Assembly (NCBI GenBank): GCA_963760625.1
Contig: CAVXDU010000015.1
Coordinates: forward strand, 17,707-81,706
DNA from: an uncultured Chloroflexia bacterium
Lineage (GTDB): Bacteria > Chloroflexota > Limnocylindria > Limnocylindrales > CSP1-4
Reading direction: 5' to 3'
DNA: 64,000 nt
A program made the translations under genes and the position numbers. Shown here piece by piece: positions 10,313-21,078 of the stretch. Every line of letters starts with the position of its first letter. The first letter of the stretch is position 1. The notes under the pieces are model-generated. The model made no database searches. It saw only the letters and a program-made list of their open reading frames with translations, and was not told the origin of the DNA.

Positions 10313-11143
10313 TCAGGTTTGCGGGCGCGTCGGTGGAGGCGCGAGTCCACAGTCGGGTGTCGTGCACAGCTCGAGTCCCAGCTGGGCCAGGCCTTCGGCC
10401 AGGGGCGTGAACCCGAGCCTGCCGCCAAAGCTGCGACTCGTGACGCCGGCCGGGAGTCCGCGCACCAGGACCGCACCACCGGAGTCGCCGATGCCGACCG
10501 GGATGTCTGCCGCGATCATGCACGGGAAATAGGCCGCGTCCTCGGCATGGAGGTTGTCGCCCTTCTCGGCCGCCGTTCCGCTCCGGTAGATGCCCCGGCC
10601 GTCGATCTCGACCCTGTCGCCGATGCTGATGTCTGTGCAGGCGAGGGGCCGCGTGCCCGGCGCGATGATGCGGTAGCCGCCTGTACCCATGTCCACGACG
10701 TTGAGGTGGCCCCACGGGATCCGGTTCCTGTTCACCACGAGGTAGTTGATGTCCGATGCTGCGCATGTGTGCCCCGGATACGGGCACGTGGCGTCTCGTG
10801 CGACCGGGCCGAACACGCCACGTACCGTAGTGCCGTCCGGCTCGTACGCCACCGTCCCCTCGCTGGTGCAATGACCGGTGGACGTGAGCACGATCGTGTC
10901 GCCGTGGCGAGCGTAGAAGCCGCCGGTACACAGGGCCCACAGCGGTTGACCGGCAAGGACCGGCGGGTCGTACACGGGAGTGGTCCGACGCGACTGCATC
11001 GCTCCGGCGACGGCGAAGGCACCGGCGCCCAGGATCACCCCAATGAGCGCCGCGGCGGCGGCGTGAGTGCCGCGGACCCGCCATCCATCGCGACGGCCAC
11101 GGACGTGGTCGAGCGGCTCCGCGGGGAACGACGGTTGGGTCAA
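10313..11143 (-). CDS. Membrane-anchored S1 (chymotrypsin-like) serine protease
   Basis: Intact 276 aa. N-terminal TM helix AAAALIGVILGAGAFAVAGA, His region TSTGHCT, Ser motif GDSGGAV. Confidence 0.8.
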   Translation of the reverse strand: MTQPSFPAEPLDHVRGRRDGWRVRGTHAAAAALIGVILGAGAFAVAGAMQSRRTTPVYDPPVLAGQPLWALCTGGFYARHGDTIVLTSTGHCTSEGTVAYEPDGTTVRGVFGPVARDATCPYPGHTCAASDINYLVVNRNRIPWGHLNVVDMGTGGYRIIAPGTRPLACTDISIGDRVEIDGRGIYRSGTAAEKGDNLHAEDAAYFPCMIAADIPVGIGDSGGAVLVRGLPAGVTSRSFGGRLGFTPLAEGLAQLGLELCTTPDCGLAPPPTRPQT

Positions 11144-11223
11144 GATGCTCCTGGAGACTCCGACTCGGCTACGATCCTTCTTACCGTGACAAGGCTGTCG
11201 CGGCCATAGGTCGAAGGTCCATC

Positions 11224-14200
11224 GTGCCTGATCCCGTCGCCAGCAATGACTTCACCCACCTCCACGTCCACTCGGAGTTCAGCCTCCTCGACGGTCTCGG
11301 TCGCATCGATGACCTGACCGATCGGAGGCGGTCCGTCTGGGCTTCGATTCGCTGGCCATCACGGACCACGGCGCGCTGTACGGCGCGGTCGCCTTCTACC
11401 AGGCGTGCCAGCGAAGGGGCATCAAGCCCATCATCGGCGTGGAGACATACGTCGCGCGCCGGTCGATGACCGACCGGGAGGGCAGCAAGGACTCCCAGCC
11501 CTACCACCTCATCCTGCTGGCGAAGGACTGGACGGGCTACCAGAACCTCTGCCGCATCGTCACCGATGCCCATATCGATGGCTACTACTACAAGCCGCGC
11601 ATCGACCGGGACTATCCTCGCCCAGCACAGCGCCGGGCTCATCGGGCTGTCGGCATGCCTCAACGGCGAGGTCGCACGGGCGCTCGAGATCGGACGATTG
11701 GGAGTCGGCGCGAAGCGGATCGCCGGGTCCTACGCGGACATCCTGGGCCCCGACGACTTCTTCCTGGAGCTCCAGGACCACAAGATCCCCGAGCAGCGCC
11801 GGCTGAACGAGAAGCTGCTGCGCCTGGGACCCGAGATGGGCCTGCCGCTGGTCGCCACCAACGACCTCCACTACGTCCACCGGGAGCAGCGCGAGGCTCA
11901 CGACGCGTTGCTGTGCATCGGCACCGGGTCGATGGTCGAGCAGACCAACCGGATGCGCTTCGAGACGGACGACTTCTATCTCAAGTCGGCGGCCCAGATG
12001 GCGGCGCTGTTCCCGGACCATCCGGAGGCGATCACGCAACACGAGACGTATCGCCGACATGGTGGACATGCAGTTCGACTTCGAGCACGCTCCGACTGCC
12101 GGACTTCCCGGTGCCCGACGGACACACCGTCGAGAGCTGGCTCCGCGAGGAGTGCCAGCGAGGCCTGCACGAGCGCTACGGCACGGTCACCGACGAGCTC
12201 CAGGGGCGGCTCGACTACGAGCTGGGGATCATCATCCAGATGGGCTACGCGGGCTACTTCCTGATCGTGGCCGACTTCGTGCGGTTCGCCCGCGACCAGC
12301 GCATCGCGACCACCTGCCGAGGCAGCGCTCCCGGGTCGATCGTGACCTACACCCTGGGCATCACCCCCGTCGATCCCATCCACTACCAGCTGCCGTTCGA
12401 GCGGTTCCTCAACCCCGACCGGGTGACGATGCCCGATATCGACGTGGACTTCGAGGACAGCCGCCGCGACGAGGTCATCGCCTACGTCACCCGCAAGTAC
12501 GGCTCCGACCACGTGGCCCAGATCATCACCTTCGGCACCATGCTGGCGCGCGCCGCCATCCGGGACGTGGGGCGCGTGCTGGGCATGGGCTACGGCGAGG
12601 TCGACCGCATCGCCAAGGCGGTGCCCAACCAGCTGGGCATCAAGCTGGAGGAGGCGCTCCAGACCGAGCCGCTCGCAGGAGATGTACGCCAGCGACGCCA
12701 CGCGTCCACAAGCTGCTGGACCTGGCGCAGCAGGTGGAGGGCGTCGCGCGCAACGCGTCGACGCACGCGGCGGGCGTGGTCATCAGCCGGGAGCCGCTGA
12801 CGGAGCTGATGCCGCTCCAGAAGGCGACCAACTCCGACTCGCTCATGACCCAGTACGAGATGCACGGCGTGGAGGCGCTGGGCCTGCTCAAGTTCGACTT
12901 CCTGGGCCTGTCCAACCTGACCATCCTGCGCCAGGCGGTCGACCTCATCGCCCAGGAGCGGGGCGGCGAGCCCATCGACATCGACCGCATCCCGCTCGAC
13001 GACAGCAAGACGTTCGAGCTGCTGTCGTCGGGCGAGACGACGGGCGTGTTCCAGCTGGAGTCCGCGGGCATGCGCCGCTACATCCGGGAGCTGCGGCCGA
13101 CCTCCGTGTACGACCTCGCGGCGATGGTGGCGCTGTTCCGGCCGGGGCCCATGGACAACATCCCGGCCTACATCCGGCGCAAGCACGGCCAGGAGGCCGG
13201 TGACCTACCTCCACCCGCTGCTGGAGCCGTTCATGGAGAAGACCTACGGCATCTTCGTGTACCAGGAGGACATCATGGCCGCCGCCATCGCGCTGGGCGG
13301 CTTCACGGGTCCCGAGGCGGACACCCTGGGCTACGCCATCCGCAAGAAGAAGTCGGACGTGCTGCGGGCCCAGAAGGGCAAGTTCGTGTCCCAGGCCGCG
13401 GAGCGGGGCGTCGACCCCGGCGTCATCGACGCGGTGTTCAAGGCGTTCGAGCCCTTCGAGCGCTACGGCTTCAACAAGGCCCACGCCACCTGCTACGGGC
13501 TCATCGCGTACCAGACCGCGTATCTCAAGGCGAACTATCCGGTCGAGTACATGGCCAGCGTGCTCACCGCCTTCCGGGACAACACCGAACGGGTGGCCGG
13601 CGCGGTCGCCGAGTGCCGCCGCATGGGCATCGCGGTGCTGCCGCCGGACGTCCACAGGAGCGGCCTCCACTTCACGGTCGAGGGGCAGGCCATCCGGTTC
13701 GGGCTGCTGGCCGTCAAGAACGTGGGCCAGGGCGCCATCGAGTCGATCGTCGCGGCGCGCGAGGCGGGCGGCCACTTCCGGTCGCTGGCCGACCTGTGCG
13801 CCCGGGTCGACCTGCGCCTCGTCAACAAGCGGGTGCTGGAGTCGCTGGCCAAGGTCGGCGCGTTCTCGGCGTTCGGCCATCGCGGCCCAGGTGCTGCTCG
13901 GCCTCGACGACGCCATCGCCTACGGCCAGGCGGAGCAGCGCGACCGGGTCTCCGGGCCAGGGGTCGCTGTTCGACGACCTGGGCGACGACGGTGGCACGC
14001 CTGGAGCGGCCGCTCGGTCCGGCGACGGAGGCGCCGTCGCGGGAGCGGTCGCGCTGGGAGAAGGAGCTGCTGGGCCTGTACCTGTCGGACCACCCGCTGG
14101 GCGACCTGGCGACGGAGATGGGCCGGTACGTCAACGCCTGGTCGTCGGACATGACCGAGGAGCTGGACCAGCAGCGGATCGTGCTGGGCGGCGTCATCAC

Positions 14201-15442
14201 GGGCCTGCGGCGGGTCATCACCAAGAGCAAGTCGACGATGGGCGTGGCCACCCTCGAGGATCTCCAGGGCTCGACCGAGGTCGTCATCTTCCCCAAGACC
14301 TTCGAGGAGACCGCGGGCGTCTGGACCGACGACGCGGTCCTGCTGGTCGCCGGGCGGGTCGACCACAAGGGCGACGAGACGGTGCTGCTGGCCGATTCGG
14401 TCTGGACCTGGGAGCAGGTGCAGGCGCTCGGCCCGGACGGCTTCGGGCCCGCTGGTCGCGGCCGGGGAGCGCGGGCGCCGGGGCGGTCGACCGGGTGGCG
14501 ACCGCAACGGGTTCCCGGGGTCGGTCGGTGGCTTCCGAAATGGGAATGGCAACGGGTACCGCGGCGGCGGCCAGGATGATGGTGCCGATGGCGTGCCGGG
14601 GCGCGAGCCCGTGGCAGGCCGCGAGGGCGTGCCGAGTCACGAGGCAGTGGCAGGCCGCGAGGCAGTGGCAGGCCGCGAGGCAGTGGCAGGCCGCGAGCGT
14701 AGGCGGAGTGGCAGGCCGCGAGGCAGTGGCAGGCCGCGAGGCCGTCGTGCTGCCGGTCCGGGCGCAGCCGGTCGCGGTCCCGGTCGAGCCGCTGGTGCGG
14801 ACCGTCCCTCTCGTGTCGCCCTTGCGTGGGGGCGCCGTGACAGGCTCCATCGACGTCGTGGTTCGGTCCGGGCATGTCGTGGCGCCGGAACGTGCGGCGG
14901 CCTCGTCAGGCCAGCCGCAGCCGCCCACGTCGAGCCGGCCGCAGCCGCCCACGTCGAGCCGGCCGCAGCCGCCCGACCCTGGGCAGCGGTCTCCCGTGCC
15001 CAGGCCGCAACCGCCGGCACTGGGGCAGCGGCCTCCCGTTCCCAGGCCGCAACCGCCCGAACCCATCGGCGAGTTGCCGGGCCCCCCTTCGCTCGCGGGG
15101 TTGGCACCCGATGGTGGCGACGAACCACCATGGCCGGAAGAGGCCCGTGCGGTGGCGATGGCGGAGATAGCGGCGATCACGCCCCAGGTGTCGGCCAGTC
15201 CGGGTCAGGTACTGCACGTCCGGTTTGGTCATGCGCCCCAGGACCGCGTGGTTGACGCGTTCGGGACGCTCCGTGAGGTGTTCGCGGAGCATCCAGGTGA
15301 GACCGGCGTGGTGCTGCACGTGCCTGCCGGAGGTGGCCGCGACCAGGAGATGCAGCTGCGCGCCGGTGTCGCCTACGACGCCGGATTGCTGGCCGACGTC
15401 CACCGAAGACTCGGCTCGCTCGCGGACCTGCGACTCACCTGA
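11224..15442 (+). CDS. dnaE: DNA polymerase III alpha subunit (at least 9 frameshifts; long low-complexity insertion before the C-terminal domain)
   Basis: PHP N-terminus FTHLHVHSEFSLLDG. Later segments: GYFLIVADFVRFA, MPDIDVDF, STHAAGVVIS, GLLKFDFLGLSNL, FRPGPM, GIFVYQEDIM, FNKAHATCYGL, and the OB-fold region MGVATLEDLQGSTEVVIFP. These lie in ORFs 11224.., 11439.., 11566.., 12059.. and 13200... The terminal ...LADLRLT ends at 15442. Confidence 0.95.
14611..15060 (+). repeat. Composite tandem-repeat tract inside the dnaE 3' region (18-bp, 24-bp and about 45-bp units)
   Basis: gtggcaggccgcgaggca occurs about 7 times (14611-14743). gccgcagccgcccacgtcgagccg occurs about 2.5 times (14914-14975). 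A repeated gggcagcgg.ctcccgt.cccaggccgcaaccgcc follows (about 14980-15060). In the long ORF this reads RQWQAA.../PQPPTSSR... Confidence 0.85.
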
Positions 15443-15552
15443 TCGCGGACGGGCGACTCACCTGACCGCGGACCGACCGATGACCACGTGCCGATGGCCT
15501 GCAAACTGCCAACTGATATGTAGCATCGCGTCGCTCCCGGTCGGGCCGGTCT

Positions 15553-15745
15553 GTTCTGGACACATATGCATGCCCGGGTTCTTCGGCACGACGCGGGGTT
15601 CGTCGCGCCCGCGGAAGCGGCCGGATCTTGTCACGCATGCCCTGGGAGACTGGCTGGCATGAAACGGCGCCATCGGGGAGGGCGCAGGGGCAGGTTACCG
15701 CGTCAGGTGCTGCCCAATATCCCGCCCATGACTAACTGACCGAAC
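15553..15745 (+). repeat. Mosaic inverted-repeat element, type 1, copy A (193 bp)
   Basis: Left arm GTTCTGGACACATATGCATGCCCGGGTTCTTCGGCA, central block GGATCTTGTCACGCATGCCCTGGGAGACTG, right arm TGCCCAATATCCCGCCCATGACTAACTGACCGAAC (an imperfect inverse of the left arm). Related copies at 23001 and 33699. Sits between the convergent ends of dnaE and the TIM-barrel gene. Confidence 0.85.
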
Positions 15746-15777
15746 GAGCAGGCCGGGCAGCGCGCCAGCCGCGCCCG

Positions 15778-16711
15778 TCAGACGGTCAGTAGCGGTGTCA
15801 TGAAAGCGGCCGCCTCCTCGACCCCTTCCAGGGCGGCTGCGTGACGTCCTCGTTCTCGATGGACAGGACGTCGTCGTAGCCGACGACTCGGAGCGCATCG
15901 CACGAACGCCGCCCAGAACGCGCGGTCGTGGCCGCGCCCGATGGTCCGGAACATCCAGGCGCGTGCGCGGGATCGTCGAAGGACCGCTGGTCGAGCACAC
16001 CCGCCAGCGCGACCTGCTCGGGGACCAGCTGCGTGTCCTTGAGGTGGACGTGGTGCACGGCCGGTCCGAGGGCCGGATGACCGCGAGGGGGTCCATCTGC
16101 TGCCAGAACATGTGCGACGGGTCGACGTTGGCGCCGATGACCGGGCCGACGGCCTCACGCATCCGCAGCAGCGTGGGCACGTTGTACACGAGGTGGAGCG
16201 GGTGGAGCTCGAAGGCGATGCGCCGACACCCGTGGTCCACGCGCGAACGCGGCCATCTCGACCCAGAACGGGATGGCTACCTCCCACTGGCGATCAGCAG
16301 GGCGATGGTGTCGGCGGCCACGGGTACCAGACCCAGTTGATGGTGGTGGCATCGGGGCCATCGCCCGGGCAGCCCGGACATCGTCACGATCTTGTCGACA
16401 CCGAGCAAGCCGGCGAGCCGGATGGCGTCACGGATCAACGCCGGCGTGCTGCTCGCCCACGACCGGGATGGAGCGGCCAGGCGGAGCAGTTGAGGGCGGC
16501 GATGCGCAGGCCCCGCGCCGTCGAAGGCCGCCTGGAAGCGATGCCGTGCGCATCGGCGTCCTCGAGCAGCGTCGCGAGGCGCATGTGCGGCGCTGGGGAC
16601 TGCCCGCCCGGCGGCGATCTCGATGCCGGGCGCGCCGATGCGCGCGGCGAGGTCGAGCGCCGCCTCGAACGACAGGCTGCTCGACGGAGTCGGTGTACAG
16701 GCCAGGTCCAC
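15778..16711 (-). CDS. Sugar phosphate isomerase/epimerase (xylose isomerase-like TIM barrel; frameshifted)
   Basis: GTG start at 16711 preceded by AAGGAGG. Fragments SLSFEAALDLAARIGAPGIEI, AFELHPLHLVYNVPTLLRMREAVGPVIGANVDPSHMFWQQMDP, HHVHLKDT, GYDDVLSIENED and LEGVEEAAAFMTPLLTV lie across ORFs 16277..16984, 15695..16240, 15798..16058 and 15778..16287. Confidence 0.75.
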
Positions 16712-16736
16712 GGATCCCTCCTTCGCGTTGGATGGT

Positions 16737-17920
16737 TCAGGTGAGCCCGAACAACCCGACGGCGCCGGACGGGGCTCCAGCGTCGGCAGGTCGAAGTCGC
16801 GCCAGCCCGGCGACGCCCTCGAGGGCCACCGGATGATCGGGCGGGCAGCGGCAGGCCGACGCTCTCGCCGATAGCCGCGGAAGGTAGACCGCGAGCGTCG
16901 CCTCGAGGATGTGGAGACCCTGCTCACCGGGGGCGATGGGGTCGCGACCCGCGGCCACGGCGTCGGCGAAGTCGAGCACGGCACTCGTCGGATGCCGAGG
17001 CCGTGGGTAGGTCGCGCTCGACGCGCGTGTCCGCTCGCGGCCGTGGACCTCCAGGCGCTCGAACGGGCGCGAACGCGCCCGGAGCCCCCGTCCTGGTAGG
17101 TGACCTCGATGCGGCCTCTCGGACCCGCTCACCGCGAACCCGCCTGGGCCCATTGCCCCAGCCCACATTCACCAGAGCCGCGGCGCCCTGCGGTCTCGAA
17201 CCGGGCAAGGGCGATGTCCTCGACCGGCGCACTCCAGCTCGCGGCATGTGACCCAGCCGGAGACGCGCTCGATGGATGCGCCGAGCAAGGCCTCGGCGAG
17301 GTACACGATGTGGAGCATGTCCATGAGCACGCCGCCGCCGGCTGACCCGAGGGTCGTGGCGCCAGCGAGGCGGGTAGGCGGCGGCCCCTGGGTGGTCATC
17401 GCAGCCCAGCCAGTCCAGGAACGCGACCTCGACCGGGCCGATCTCGCCGCGCCCGATGAGCTCCAGCGTCCGCACGCACCTCAGCGAAGAACAGGTAGTT
17501 GTGCACGATGCCGAAGCGCGACACCGGCGGCGCGGGCCGCGTGCCACGATCATCAGCCGTCGCGTCGGCCGGCGTCGTGGCGATCGGCTTCTCGGACAGC
17601 AGGTGTCGGCCGGACTCGACCGTAGCGATGGCCAGGTCACGCCGGACGTGCTGGGGCGTGCACAGGTCGACCATGTCCAGGTCATCGCGTGCGAGAAGTG
17701 CGAGTGGGTCGAGATGCGCACGAGTCCCGTCCAGGCCGGCCGCATCGCGGCCCACCTCCAGGCGTTCGGCTATGGAATCCGCGATAGCGACCAGCTCGAA
17801 GCGATCAGGCATCGCCAGATACGCCGGCAGGTGGTGGTTGAGTGCCACGTTGCCACACCCGATGAGCCCGACCCTCAATGGCCGATGCCCGCGACCGACT
17901 GACGTGGCGGTCGCTGCCAT
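16737..17920 (-). CDS. Gfo/Idh/MocA family oxidoreductase (frameshifted)
   Basis: Rossmann N-terminus LRVGLIGCGNVALNHHLPAY, then HLLSEKP, then GGGVLMDMLHIVYLAEALLG. C-terminus in ORF 16737..17168. Confidence 0.75.
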
Positions 17921-18670
17921 CACATGCCGGTGGGCGTTGCCCGGCGTTGGCGCGCGAGACGACCTGGCCCGATGCCGCGTCCCTCGAAGTACAAACGGGT
18001 CCGCGTCGCGATGGGGAGCGGCACGTCCGGTTCGCACGGGTAGATCCTGCTCGACGATCGCGAATAGATCGCGACCGAGCTCGGCGAGTGCGGCGAGGAT
18101 TGGTGGCATGGCCGGAATGCCGAGAGGTGGCTCGCACATCGACCCGAGGCGCACGGCCTGCGCGAAGGACAGACGCATCCGCTGTCACCTGGTCCATGAT
18201 CGCCGGAGCGACCTGCTTCAGATGGACGTAGTGGATACGTTCCGGATACTTGCGAATGATGGCGAGGTTATCGCCACCGCAGTACGAGATGTGACCGGTG
18301 TCCAGGCACAACTGGACGGCGGTCGGGTCGGTGCCCTCGAGGAAGCGCCCCACATGTTCCTGGGTCGCCACGTGGCTGTCGGCGTGCGGATGGAATGCCA
18401 GTATCAGGCCGAACTCGTCGCGGATGATCCGCCCTAGCCTCGAGGTCGCGGACAGGAGTTCGTCCCACTCCGCCACCGTGAGTTCCGCGGGTCCGAGCCA
18501 CGTCCCCGCGTCGTCGATGTCGCGATACATCTGGGGCAGGAAGACAAGGTAACCCGCGCCGACATCCGAGAGCGTCTTGGCCACCCGCCGACCACGCTCC
18601 AGGATGTCATCGACCGCCCCCGGTCTCTGCAGCGCGCCATCCAGGGTGCCGCCCGAGAGCGCCCGACCGC
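17920..18670 (-). pseudogene. IolE-like sugar phosphate isomerase/epimerase, lacking about 60 N-terminal codons (also frameshifted)
   Basis: LSGGTLDGALQRPGAVDDILERGRRVAKTLSDVGAGYLVFLPQMYRD...ILAFHPHADSHVATQE...CLDTGHISYCGGDN...IHYVHLKQV...FAQAVRLGSMCEPPLG...FAIVEQD. No start or N-terminal strand precedes LSGG. The reading frame runs into the opposing gene at about 18660. Confidence 0.6.
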
Positions 18671-19612
18671 GCCCGGCAGCCCTGGCAGCCCGGGCGGTCG
18701 TGGTGTACGACGTGGAACCCGGGCGTGCGCGTGCGTTCGCAGACCAGATTGGCGGTACTGTCGCCAAATCGCCCACGCATGCGTTGGACGCTGCCGATGC
18801 CGTGGTGGTGGCGGCGTCTACCGACGCGCACGCGGACCTGGTGCGGCAGGCGGTCGATCGCGGCCTCCCGGCCTTCTGTGAGAAGCCACTGGCATTCGAC
18901 CTCCCCGAAACCGTGGACCTGGTGGAGCACATCGAGCGCACTGGGGTCCCGGTTCAGGTCGGATTCCAACGTCGCTTCGATCCGGATACCTCGAGGCACA
19001 TCGCCTGCTGGAGTCGGGCGAGCTGGGCACCGTGTACTTGGTGCGTCTGGTCGCCCATGATCACGAGCCGCCGCCGGATGCGTACATCCCCATCTCCGGT
19101 GGACTGTTCCGGGACTCCTCGATCCATGACCTGGACTCGCTCCGCTGGGTGACAGGGATGGAGGTCGAGGAGGTGTATGCGACCGGGTCCGTCCGCGGCT
19201 TCCCGATCTTCGCGCGGTTCGATGATGTGGACACGGGAGCGGCCATCCTGCGCCTGACCGATGGCACACTCGGCATCCTGGGCCAGACACGCCACGACCC
19301 GCGCGGCTACGACATCCGGATGGAGATCGATCGGATCGAGGGACAGCATCGCGGTTGGGTTGACGGCGCGGACCCCGCTGCGATCCGTCGAGGCCAGCGG
19401 CCTCAGCACTGACGGGTCCACCGTGGGCGACATTCCTGACCCGCTTCGAAGACAGCCTACACGGCCGAACTGTATCGCATTCCTCGCGCGTCGCGCGGCG
19501 GGAGGCGCCCAGTCCGTGCACGGCACTGGACGCACTACAGGCCATGCGTATCGCCGTGGCCGCCGGCCGTTCACTCAAGGAGCATCGGCCGGTGCGGATG
19601 ACCGAGATCTAG
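18660..19612 (+). pseudogene. Inositol 2-dehydrogenase-like Gfo/Idh/MocA oxidoreductase lacking its Rossmann N-terminus (frameshifted)
   Basis: Begins at about ...[50 protein letters not shown]. This aligns with residues after about 25 of the paralog at 27480..28521 ([12 protein letters not shown]...). No GxGxxG segment is present upstream. The manually read end ...SLKEHRPVRMTEI stops at TAG 19610-19612. Confidence 0.6.
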
Positions 19613-19733
19613 GGCACGCGCCAAGCCCGAGCGTGCGCGCCGGGAGTCGACGAATGGAGGTGAGGCGAGCGGTATCAGGAAGGGGACGATTCACTGTCCC
19701 AAGCACCGATCGACAACGATTCGAGGAGACGAG

Positions 19734-21053
19734 ATGAAGAACCGTAGATGGGTCATCGTGCCAGCGCTGGCGGCGCTGCTCATGCCAGCAGTTCCGGCGG
19801 CTGCCCAGGACACCACGCTCACGATCGCAGCCGTGCAAGGCGGCGAGGACGCAGGCCTCAAGGCCCTAGCGCCGATGTACGAGGCGGCCAGATCCGGGCG
19901 TCAAGATCGAGATCGTCGAGAACCCGTACGACGACGCTCTACAACAAGCTGATCGCCGGCTTCGGGGCGAGCGACGCGACCTTCGACCTGGTGATGCTGG
20001 ACGACCCCTGGATGCCGCAAGTTCGGGACCATCGGCGCGCTGAGCGACCTGGGCGCGCTGGGCATCACCCAGGACCCGGACATCGCCCAGATCGTGTGGG
20101 ACGTCGGCACGTGGCCGCCGCCTCAGCGGTCCGGTACCGCCGACCGAGGTGGGCAAGCCATCACAGCTCCTGGGCGTGACCATCGTGGGCAACGTCCAGA
20201 TGTTCATGTACCGCTGCGACAAGACCGCCGACGGCACCCGCGTCGTATGACGACGTGCTAACCAACGCGACGGCCCAGAACGCCGCGGACTTCGCGGCTA
20301 CTTCATCCGCGGCAAGGCGACGAACCCGGTGCTCGGCAGACTTCGCTGCCGATCCTCTGGTCGTTCGGCGGCGACGTCTTCGACGAGGATTGGAACGTCG
20401 TGCTTCGACAGCGATGCCTCGAATCGCTGGCAGCCGTGAAGTTCCTGGTGGACAAGCTCAAGCGCTGTGGCCCAGGCGGACTCCAAGGCGAGCTCCGACG
20501 CGTCCGACCGCGACACGCGCCACCGCGATCGGGTCAGGTCTACCAATCGTCCGTGTGGCCCGGCGAGATCGGCGGGGGCGTGCTCGGCGCAGGGCACGAC
20601 GCTCAAGACCCAGGAAGCTCTGCTTCATCCCCATCCCGAAGGGTCCGAGCGGCAAGGGCGTCGGCATGATGGGCAACTGGATGCTCGGCGTGCCGAAGGC
20701 CTCCGAAGAACCAGCAGGCGGCCGCCGACTTCATCAAGTGGATGCTGCAGGCTGACACACAGATGACCTACGCGCAGAACAACGGCATCCCGTCGCGGAC
20801 GAGCGTGCTCAAGGACGCCGACGCTGGCGGCGGCCAACCCGTACTTCCCGGTCCTGCGCCGATGCGCTCCAAGCGCCCTCCGGCACTGGCGGCCGCGCAC
20901 CGACCAGTGGAACGCGGTGGAGAGCGATCCTACGGCACCGAGCTCAACGCGGCGCTCGTCCGGCCAGAAGTCGGCTCGAGGATGCGGCCAAGAAGCGCGT
21001 CAAGCCAGGTCCGGGCGCTCATGGCCGGAGCCGGATACCCCACCAAGCAGTAG
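19734..21053 (+). CDS. ABC sugar transporter substrate-binding protein (family 1 / CUT1; heavily frameshifted)
   Basis: Signal peptide MKNRRWVIVPALAALLMPAVPAAAQ. Fragments KIEIVENPYD..LYNKLIAGFGASDATFDLVMLDDPWMP, FIKWML and the tail ...LMAGAGYPTKQ (ORF 20742..21053). Confidence 0.65.
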
Positions 21054-21078
21054 GCGTGGCGGAGAGGTCAGGAGTTCC

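Noticed and set aside
15563-15578. CATATGCATGCCCGGG looks like a synthetic multiple cloning site (NdeI-NsiI-SphI-SmaI), raising suspicion of vector contamination
   Set aside because: The motif recurs five times with natural divergence, inside larger conserved elements and in native intergenic contexts. No vector backbone sequence is adjacent.
15458-15673. Conserved minus-strand peptide (V/L)PKNP(G/P)(M/V)H encoded by the left arm of all five elements, suggesting a small ORF
   Set aside because: The conservation is explained by DNA-level conservation of the arm. The flanking codons, frames, starts and stops differ between copies, and there is no RBS.
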